Below, piece by piece: positions 36,330 through 44,443 of a stretch of DNA of 64,000 nucleotides (positions are counted from its first letter, which is position 1; each line of letters begins with the position of its first letter). Under the pieces are notes generated by a model, which saw nothing but the letters and a program-made list of their open reading frames with translations, made no database searches and was not told the origin of the DNA. The DNA comes from Alphaproteobacteria bacterium (GTDB lineage Bacteria > Pseudomonadota > Alphaproteobacteria > Bin95). Position numbers and translations under genes: made by a program. Location: assembly GCA_964291285.2 (NCBI GenBank), contig OZ219788.1, forward strand, positions 640,001-704,000, read 5' to 3'.

Positions 36330-38591
36330 TCAGCCGACGAAGTCGAAATCGGCCTCGGTCAGTTGCGACGCCTGGATCCCCACCACGGTAACAGTCCCCA
36401 GGGACCAGGTGATGACCGCGCCGCTGTCGGACTGCCGGATCACGAGGTCGTCGAAGTCGAGCTCCGAGTCTTCCGTGTAGAAGTCGATGCGGTCTATTCC
36501 GTCCTCAAAGCCGACGATCTTGTCGTCGCCGCCCTTCGCGAATCCGAACGAGTCGTAGCCCGGGCGGCCCCGGAGCGTGTCGTCGCCCTTGCTGTCGTCG
36601 AGTGCCCAGTCGGGCAGGCCGACGAAGTGAAAATCGGCCTCGGTCAGTTGCGAAGTCTGGATCCCCTCCAGGGTGATGGTCCCCAAGGACCAGTTGATGG
36701 CAGCGCCGCTGTCGGACTGCCAGATCTCAAGGTCCTCGAAGCCGAGTTCCCCGTCGATCGAGTGGAAGTCGAGGCGGTCCGTTCCGTCCTCGAAGTCAAG
36801 GATCGTATCGTCGCTGCCATCGTTGAATCCCCACTGGCTCCAGTAGCCCTTCTCGAAGAAACCGAATCGGTCGGCGCCCTCCCCGCCCCGGAGCGTGTCA
36901 ACCCCCAAACCACCCGAGAGGAAATCGTTGCCCTTGCCGCCTTCCAGCGTGTCATCGCCGTTACGACCGGTCAGAAAGTCGTGGCCTTCGCCACCCCAGA
37001 GCTCATCGTTGCCCGAATTGCCGCGGAGGAGGTCGTTACCCCCGCCGCCATAGATTATGTCATCGCCTTTTCGACCGTAGAGCTTGTCGTCACCCGAGTT
37101 GCCGTAGATCGTGTCGTCGCACGCGGTGCCAAAGAGCCAATCGCGGTCCGCGCTGCCACGAATGGTCACGCCGCAGGCCTCAACGTCTGGCGAATCATCG
37201 CCCGAAGTGCCCGGGATCGTGTCCGTGTCCTCGCCGCCATCGTTGCCGGCATTCGGGTCGCCGCCGTCGTTGTCGTCGTCGCTCGTACTGGCGCCGTAAG
37301 CGGCCTTTTCGTCGCCTCCACCGCCAGCAGGCAGGATGAAGTCGTCCGCGCCAAGGGAGGCCGCCGACACGCCCGACAGCCTGATCGTGTCGCCGCCGCC
37401 GCCGTAGCGAATGACGGTATCGGCGCCGTCCTGCTCGATGACCAGCGCCGTGAACCCGCCGGATATGCCGTCGAGGCGAATCCTGTCGCCGGCCCCGAAG
37501 TCGGTAATGATGTCGGCGCCGTCTCCCGCCTCGAACACGAAGGTATCGGCGCCGCGGCCGCCCCCCAGCGTGTCGTCGCCCGCCCCGCCGGTCAGCGTGT
37601 CGGCACCCCTGGCGCCACGCAGGGTGTCACCGCCATCGCCGCCGTCCAGCGTGTCGTCGCCCTTGCCGCCCCCCAGCGTATCGTCGCCGGCCCCGCCGGT
37701 GAGCGTGTCGTCGCCCATGCCGCCCATCAGCGTGTCGTCGCCCGCGCCGCCGGTGAGTGCGTCGCCACCCATGCCGCCACGCAGGGTGTCGTCGCCATCA
37801 CCACCTGCCAGCGTGTCCGCGCCCTTGCCGCCCGTGAGCACCGTCCCGCCGGCGGACCCGCCGCTCAAGTCATCATCGTCGCTGTCGCCGTCATCGTTGC
37901 CGTCCGGCGGCGCACCCTGTGCAGGAGCGTCCTCGCCGCCGCCCTCCGGCGGGGCTGCCTCGACGGGAAGGAACCGGAAGTCGTCCGCGCCAAGGGAGGC
38001 CGCCGTCACGCCCTCCAGCTTGATCGTGTCGCCGTCGCCGTAGCTGATGACGGTATTGAAGCCCTTCTGCTCGATCACAAGATCCCCGAAACCGCCCGGC
38101 ACCCCGGCAATCTCGATGATGTCGCCAGCCTCGAAATCGCCGATGTAATCGGCCCCGTCGCCGACCGCGAACGCAAAGACGTCATGGCCACTGCCGCCAT
38201 AGAGCGAGTCAGCGCCCCGGCCGCCGGTCAGCCTGTCAGCGCCCCGGCCGCCTTCCAGACGGTCGTTGCCCGCACCGCCATCCACCGTGTCGTCCCCGTC
38301 GCCGCCATACAGCGTGTCGTTGCCCGTGCCGCCGTCCAGCGTGTCATCGCCCGCGCCGCCGTCCAGCACATCGTTCCCCGCGCCGCCGTCCAGCGTGTCA
38401 TCGTCCGAGCTGCCGGGGTTCATGAGGAGAAAGTCCGCGTCGGCTCCCGCGCTTGCGGTTCCGCCGGTCAGCGTGTCGTCGCCGTCGCCGCCCGTCAGGA
38501 TGTCGTCGCCGAGGCCGCCCTTCAGGATGTCATTGCCGACGCCCCCCGTCAGGGTGTCGTCGCCAGCGCCGCCGGTCCGCTCGATAGCCAT
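36330..38591 (-). CDS. RTX Ca2+-binding repeat protein 2
   Basis: GGAGDDTLT repeats, two GDGAD.I.DF...AASLGADDF modules, two terminal DFEDG.DR.DF...QLTEADF modules; GGGAGG SD. Confidence 0.9.
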   Translation of the reverse strand: MAIERTGGAGDDTLTGGVGNDILKGGLGDDILTGGDGDDTLTGGTASAGADADFLLMNPGSSDDDTLDGGAGNDVLDGGAGDDTLDGGTGNDTLYGGDGDDTVDGGAGNDRLEGGRGADRLTGGRGADSLYGGSGHDVFAFAVGDGADYIGDFEAGDIIEIAGVPGGFGDLVIEQKGFNTVISYGDGDTIKLEGVTAASLGADDFRFLPVEAAPPEGGGEDAPAQGAPPDGNDDGDSDDDDLSGGSAGGTVLTGGKGADTLAGGDGDDTLRGGMGGDALTGGAGDDTLMGGMGDDTLTGGAGDDTLGGGKGDDTLDGGDGGDTLRGARGADTLTGGAGDDTLGGGRGADTFVFEAGDGADIITDFGAGDRIRLDGISGGFTALVIEQDGADTVIRYGGGGDTIRLSGVSAASLGADDFILPAGGGGDEKAAYGASTSDDDNDGGDPNAGNDGGEDTDTIPGTSGDDSPDVEACGVTIRGSADRDWLFGTACDDTIYGNSGDDKLYGRKGDDIIYGGGGNDLLRGNSGNDELWGGEGHDFLTGRNGDDTLEGGKGNDFLSGGLGVDTLRGGEGADRFGFFEKGYWSQWGFNDGSDDTILDFEDGTDRLDFHSIDGELGFEDLEIWQSDSGAAINWSLGTITLEGIQTSQLTEADFHFVGLPDWALDDSKGDDTLRGRPGYDSFGFAKGGDDKIVGFEDGIDRIDFYTEDSELDFDDLVIRQSDSGAVITWSLGTVTVVGIQASQLTEADFDFVG

Positions 38592-38624
38592 GATAAAATC
38601 CTCCCGATCCTGTTACGGACGCAA

Positions 38625-38647
38625 AGTCTACCCCCCCCCACCGTCAA
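38625..38647 (-). promoter_or_regulatory. Putative promoter of RTX gene 2 with G9 tract in spacer
   Basis: Minus strand TTGACG-GT-G9-TAGACT; spacer only 11 bp as assembled. Confidence 0.5.
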
Positions 38648-38741
38648 GCAAGTCCGAGAAGCTTGCGCTCATGGCGCCTGTTCGGCCGCAGGGGATGGGG
38701 CTCCATGGCAGGGCATGATATGCGTCTCGAGCCGATAGGCT

Positions 38742-38860
38742 GTTCCATGCCGGCAGCCGGGGCAATGCTCCGCCGGTCGCAAGGATGTGAGTATGAGTAT
38801 CCGGCCGGGCCATTGCCTGCAACGGACCGGCCAACAACCCGCCCCATGGGGCATCATCAA
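38742..38860 (-). repeat. ~120-bp inverted repeat, copy 2
   Basis: Reverse complement matches 36128-36246. Confidence 0.9.
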
Positions 38861-38921
38861 CAGTCTCTGGAGACCTGACGCGCCGCATGGGGTATTCCCG
38901 AACCATGGAATTGGCGGGTCG

Positions 38922-39968
38922 ATGATGAAAATGCGGGAATGCCTTGCGCGGCTTCTTCGGCGCCCTTGCCGCGCTGGCTGGCTGCCGGCGGTTTGCGCCG
39001 CCCTGGCGGGAGCGGGCGCGCAGGCGGCGGACCCGCCGGGCCTCCTCTTTCCGGTGCGCTGCGAGATCGGGCGGGACTGCCGGTTCTTCGCTTACATGGA
39101 CCTCCAGTCCGGGCCCGCCTACCGGGACTACCGCTGCGGGCTCAGGACCTATGAGGGGCACAAGGGGACGGATATCGCGCCCGTCGATCCGGGCGCGCGG
39201 CTGCCTGTCGTCGCAGCGGCCGACGGCGTGGTGCTGAGATGGCGCGACGGAATGGAGGACAGCCCGGCGAGGGGGTTCGACCCGAGCCGGGAAGGCAGGG
39301 AATGCGGCAACGGCGTGCGCCTGGACCACGGTGGCGGCTGGACGACCCAATACTGCCATCTGCAGCGCGGGAGCGTCACGGTGCGCAAGGGCGCGTGGGT
39401 CTCGGCGGGAGACCTGCTGGGGCGGACGGGAAGCTCCGGCCACTCGGAGCTTCCGCATCTGCATTTCCAGGTCGAGAGGAACGGCCGGCCGGTCGATCCC
39501 TTCGCCGGCGCGCAGTCCGCCGACCCGCCGCGCTGCGCGGCGTCGGCCTCCGGCCGGACGGGAACGGCACTGTGGCGGGCCTCCGACTATCCGGCGCGCT
39601 ACACGCCGACGATTGTCCATCGCGCCGGCCTGGCGGCGGAGGTTCCCGAGACGGACCGGGCGGTGCATGGCGGCTATCCGCAGGCCGCTTCGGCGACTGC
39701 GGCGGCGCTCGTCGGATACACGGTCCTGCTGGGCGCGTTTTCGGGCACATTGATCGAGACCGTCATTTCCGGCCCGGACGGCCGCATCCTGTTCCGCAAC
39801 CGGCATTCGATCGACGAGGACCGGGCGCGCTATTTCTCCTATGCCGGCAAGCGCCGAAAGTCCGCGAGTTGGGAGCCGGGCGTCTACCGCGCGGAGTTCA
39901 TCGTCTCCGGAGAGTCGCCGGCAGGACCCTTCCGGATCGGGCGCAGGGCGGAGGTCACACTGCGATAG
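38922..39968 (+). CDS. M23 family metallopeptidase, secreted
   Basis: Signal peptide, TYEGHKGTDI (HxxxD), VVAAADGVV, CGNGVRLDH, QYCHL, PHLHF. Confidence 0.9.
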   Translation: MMKMRECLARLLRRPCRAGWLPAVCAALAGAGAQAADPPGLLFPVRCEIGRDCRFFAYMDLQSGPAYRDYRCGLRTYEGHKGTDIAPVDPGARLPVVAAADGVVLRWRDGMEDSPARGFDPSREGRECGNGVRLDHGGGWTTQYCHLQRGSVTVRKGAWVSAGDLLGRTGSSGHSELPHLHFQVERNGRPVDPFAGAQSADPPRCAASASGRTGTALWRASDYPARYTPTIVHRAGLAAEVPETDRAVHGGYPQAASATAAALVGYTVLLGAFSGTLIETVISGPDGRILFRNRHSIDEDRARYFSYAGKRRKSASWEPGVYRAEFIVSGESPAGPFRIGRRAEVTLR

Positions 39969-40109
39969 GCGGGGATCGGGGCCGTCTTCCCTCTCGACCC
40001 GGCCGGCCAGGACGTCACGCGCGCAGACGCGGATGTTGATCAAGCCGGTCAGCCCGCTTTTCCGCTTGACATGCGCCCGCGGCTGCCGGCAGCAAAGGCG
40101 GAAGCCTTG

Positions 40110-41038
40110 ATGAAAGAGGCGGCAGCGGAGGAGTTTCGCGGCATGTCCGGAACCGGATCGCCATACCTGTTTTGCCGGCGGAAGGCCCGAATATCCGGTC
40201 CTTCCGGGGCTGTTGCGGCAGCCCTCCTGCTGACTTTGGGCGCCTGCTCCGGTTCCGATTTCAAGAAATTGGGCGGCGACTTCGGCGATCATGTCGCCAG
40301 GGAGGTGTTCGGCGTCGATCCGTCCGGGCCGGAGGGTCCGGAGGAGCAAAAGGCACGTGCCCGGGACTTTGCCCGGCGCGCGGATGCCCTCGTCGCGACC
40401 GGCGCCCATGCCGGAAGCAGTCCTGTCGCGACGCCCACATGCGCCCGGGCCGGCTGCCTGTGGACCGGTGAGGGCGCGTCCCCGGCCCGGACGATCTCCG
40501 ACCTGTTCCCGGCGGATATTTCAGGCGTCGCCAGGGGCGCCGCCCGCAACGGTGCAACCGACTTCCAATACCGCGGTCCGGCGACCGGAGAACCTACGGC
40601 TACTGGATGACGCACAGCGTGTTCGGCGTGGCCGAAGAACCCGGGCAGCCGATGACGCGCTTCGGGTTTGCGGGCGGAGACCTGACAGGGGCGCGACCGC
40701 CGGCCAGCGCGACATGGACCGGGCGCATGGTCGGGACGGCAGTCGAGGAAGCCGCGGCCGGAACCCGCCTGGCCGGGGACGCGACTCTCTCCTGGAGCGC
40801 TGCGGCCGTCACGATCGACGTGGCGATCGGCAACATCCGGGACAATGCGAACGGCAATGCCTGGCCCGTCGACGCCGTCAGCTTCGACGACGTTCCGGTC
40901 GGCGCGGACGGCACATTCGGTTCCGGAGCCTCGGGGGATATCATCCGGGGCGGCTTCCACGGCCCTAACCATGCCGAAGCAGCGGGCGCCTTCGAGAAAC
41001 GTGGCATCGTCGGCGGTTTCGGCGCCAGACGAGAGTGA
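40110..41038 (+). pseudogene. Lipoprotein with transferrin-binding-protein-like beta-barrel, frameshifted near 40590
   Basis: LLLTLGAC lipobox in frame 1. The second frame continues TYGYWMTHSVF...ATWTGRMVG...GGFHGPNHAEAAGAFEKRGIVGGFGARR. Confidence 0.7.
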
Positions 41039-41072
41039 CTTGCCTCCGTCAACCGGTCCGGGGTGAATGTCA

Positions 41073-42445
41073 TACCAAGCGCGGTTCGAATTGACTCATT
41101 GTTCCAACATGTTGTGTTGAGGTGAGGTGTTGAGGTGAGGTGCCGGACAACGTTGATAGAGTGATGTCAGGCAGTCTTGGGGTTGGAGGATGATGATGGG
41201 TGCGGCGACGCCGATAACCTGGACGGAGCATGGATCGGACGATCTCCATGATCTGGCGAAGCGCTGCGGTGAGGCGAAGCAAGCCTGTCGGGCGCGTGCG
41301 ATCGCGATGATCATGGATGGGGCGTCGCGCACGGAGGCGGCGCGGGCGCAGGGCATGGAGCTTCAAGTTCTGCGCGACTGGGTGCTGCGCTACAATGCGG
41401 AGGGGTTCGAGGGGCTTGCGGATCGTCCTCGCGGGGGCAGCGATGGTCGGTTGACGGAGGCTCGGATTGCCGAGATCGGGTTGTGGGTCGAGGCGGGTCC
41501 CGATCTTGAGCGGGACGGTGTCATACCAACGGTCGTTGATTGGAACCTATAGCAGAGCCTCCCTCCGCAGCTCGCCCCCTGAGCCGAGGCCTCCTACTGC
41601 AAGAGGTAATCTCCGCCGAGAGAGGCTAATCGGTTCTTATCTGTGGCCGGTGGTATCACGCGCTGGCGGGTTCAGGACATCATACGGAAAATCGAGGAGG
41701 CCTTCGGGGTCATTTATACGGAGAGCGGCGCCCGTATGATGCTCCGAAGGGCCGGGTTTCGTTTTGTCTCGGGACGGCCGGTCCACCCCAGGGCCGACGC
41801 GGAGCGGCAGGGGGCGTTCGTGGCGGACTTCGAGGCAAGGGTGACGTCGATGCTCAGTTCCGAGGCGCTGGCGGGCCCGATCGAAATCTGGTTCCAGGAC
41901 GAGGCGCGCATCGGCCAGAAAGGGATGACGACGCGCGTCTGGGCGCGCGGGAGGCAACGTCCGCGCATCGTGCGCGACCATCGCTATGGCTATGTCTATC
42001 TGTTCGGCGCCACCTGCGCACAGCGCGGCGTCGGCATCGCCCATGTGGCGGACAGGGCGAACACGGCGGCGATGAACGAGCATCTGGCGGCGATCGGCGC
42101 GGCCGTGGCGCCGGGTGCGCACGGCGTGGTCATACTGGACGGGGCAGGCTGGCATCGCTCGGGCGACCTTCTCGTCCCCCCCAATCTGACGCTCCTGCAT
42201 CTGCCGCCATACAGTCCGGAACTCAATCCCATGGAGCAGATCATACCGGTCCTGAAATCGAACCGCTTCGCCAACCGTGTGTTCAAGGATGTCGCCGCCC
42301 TGAGAGAAGCCTGCCGGACGGCATGGCAATGGCTCATCGAGCAACCCGACATCATCACCAAAACAACCCGGCGAAGCTGGGCCGTCGCAACATCGTGACG
42401 ATCCCCACGACCCAATGCATCGGTCTATATGACTTGCGGTTGGTA
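41073..42445 (+). mobile_element. IS630-family element interrupted by a MITE
   Basis: Ends TACCAAGCGC / GCGGTTGGTA flanked by TCA on both sides. ORFs 41190-41552 and 41643-42398 are in the same frame (RDWVLRYNAEG; WFQDEARIG, LDGAGWH, PPYSPELNPME). Confidence 0.9.
41524..41655. mobile_element. 132-bp MITE with IS630-like ends
   Basis: TCA[TACCAACGGTC...GGCCGGTGGTA]TCA. Removing 135 bp restores DGVTRWR and a continuous transposase ORF. Confidence 0.85.
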
Positions 42446-42848
42446 TCAGCGCATTGCGAACGCCATGCGCCGCAATCCGCCGTGCTCCTGTGAATTGGGT
42501 CGAGTTATAGCCGGATGGGGTAATGCCCTCCGAGAGGCCTGTGCCTGGTTCAGGACCCTCGGCATCCCGTTCGCCGCCTGCTCCAATGAGAGTTGCCGGC
42601 TCTCTTCATGCTCCAACCCGGCCCCGACACGCGGGTTCGAACTCGATTCCCACATCACCCAGCATCCCGACGAACGCCCGTGCGATTTCCGGATACGGGC
42701 CAGAGCCTGTGTCGCGGCGGGCTCGTTCCGCAACGCCCCTTCAGGAACGCCATGCGCCAGCACGCTCACCGATCACGTCCCCCGGTTTGTCCGTCCGATG
42801 GCTTTTCGCTGGATGGCGGGCGGTTCGCCCCCGCCGCGGGCAGGATCG

Positions 42849-44303
42849 CTATTCTGTCCCACTTCCGCCGAATATCGCGCCCGGGTCCCATCGGAAGGCG
42901 CGGACACGGTCGTAGTTGGCGCGGAAATCATATTGCGTGACCGGCACCTGTTGGGCCTCGACGGTGAGCCGGCCCGTCGCAGCAGCCAACCGGTAGCTGG
43001 CCACCGCTTCCGAGCGCTTCGTGCGCACGACATTCACGCGGGCGTCCAGAAGGTCCTGCTCCGCGTCCAGGACGTCCAGCAGCGTGCGGGTGCCAACCTC
43101 GGCTTCCTGCTGGAGGCCGTCCAGCGCGATCTCCGAAGCACGGACCTCGGTCGCAAGCGACTCCAGCCTGGCGCGGGCGGAGGCCAGGCTTTCCCATGCC
43201 CTGACCGCCTGTTCAACGGCGAAGCGGCGGCGATCCTCGGCCATGGCGCGCAAGCGCGCGGCGGCCTCTATCGCCGCACGGCGGCGTGACGTGACATTGC
43301 CGGCCTCGTAGAGGGGCATCGACACGGTAACCATAACGGTCACATCGTTGCTGCGCGTGCCGCGCCCGTTGGGGTCGGTCGCATGGGAGAGGGTCCCGAC
43401 CAGGTTCACTCCCGGGTGCAACTCGCGCCGGATCGCCTCGGCGTCCTTCAGCGCCGCACGCTCCTCCAGGGACGCCGCTGCTGCATCCGGATGGTCCCGC
43501 GACGCAGCCTCGACCGCTTCCTCCTTCGTCTGCGGCAGGCCGGAGAGCGGCGGCGGCGCCTCCAGCCGGCCGGGAAGCTCGCCGACCGCGCGCTGATAGG
43601 CGGCGCGCGAGGCCTCGAGCTGGCCCTCGGCGCCCGCCCGCTCGGCGATGGCGCGCGACAGCCGCGCTTCCGCCTGCGCCACATCGGTGCGCGTCACCTC
43701 GCCGACCTCGAACTGATCCTGAGCCGCCTGGAGGCGTCGGCGCAGCACATTGACGTTGCTTGCCGTCAACTCGACCACAGCCTGGTCGCGGACCACATCC
43801 ATGAACGCAAGGCCGGTGTCGAGAAAGACGGCCTGCTCGGCGGCCACGAGCCGCGCCCGCTGCGCGGAAACGCGGTGCTCCGCCGCACCCAACCTGGCCG
43901 TCGTCCGCCCCCCGTCATGGAGCGGCTGCGTCATTTCGATCCGCGCGGTCGCCGGGTTGCTCGAGGTGGTCCGTTCGGCCCGTGGACCACCCGGGTAGCT
44001 GACCCGCTTGCTCCGGTACTGGCCGTAGCCGATGCTGCCTCGCGCCGTCACGACCGGGCGCCTGCCGGACAGCGCCTGCGGCACACCTTCGTCCTCGGCG
44101 CGCAGGCGGGCGCGTTCGGCCTCCAGCAGCGGATTTGCGGCATAGGCCCTGGCCATTGCCTCCAGCAGGGTGTCGGCGGCCGCAGGCAGGGCAAGGGCCG
44201 CGGGCAGGGCAAACGCCAGCACCGCGGCCAAAAGGGACGCAAGTCGCAATCGTCCAGCACTCAAGACAAGAACTCCTGTCCCGGTTCGAAGCCCTTGAGA
44301 CAT
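42849..44303 (-). CDS. tolC: TolC family outer membrane channel
   Basis: Signal peptide then ADTLLEAMARAYAANP, FEVGEVTRTDVAQAEARL, EVGTRTLLDVLDAEQDL. Start uncertain (alternative GTG 44447). Confidence 0.9.
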   Translation of the reverse strand: MSQGLRTGTGVLVLSAGRLRLASLLAAVLAFALPAALALPAAADTLLEAMARAYAANPLLEAERARLRAEDEGVPQALSGRRPVVTARGSIGYGQYRSKRVSYPGGPRAERTTSSNPATARIEMTQPLHDGGRTTARLGAAEHRVSAQRARLVAAEQAVFLDTGLAFMDVVRDQAVVELTASNVNVLRRRLQAAQDQFEVGEVTRTDVAQAEARLSRAIAERAGAEGQLEASRAAYQRAVGELPGRLEAPPPLSGLPQTKEEAVEAASRDHPDAAAASLEERAALKDAEAIRRELHPGVNLVGTLSHATDPNGRGTRSNDVTVMVTVSMPLYEAGNVTSRRRAAIEAAARLRAMAEDRRRFAVEQAVRAWESLASARARLESLATEVRASEIALDGLQQEAEVGTRTLLDVLDAEQDLLDARVNVVRTKRSEAVASYRLAAATGRLTVEAQQVPVTQYDFRANYDRVRAFRWDPGAIFGGSGTE

Positions 44304-44443
44304 CGGCACAGGCGCTCCACGCTCTGCGGACGGGCCCGGCCGAAATGAACGAAGCGGCGCGTTGTCCTGCAACGGTTTTGTTGCCGTGATTGCGGCCGCT
44401 CCCCGACCGGAAACGACCGCAGCCTGCTCACGCTTCCGACCGC

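Noticed and set aside
42449-42848. Possible tRNA or gene remnant (GGGTTCGAACTC near 42634)
   Set aside because: Only a T-loop-like word; I could not build a cloverleaf or a credible ORF.
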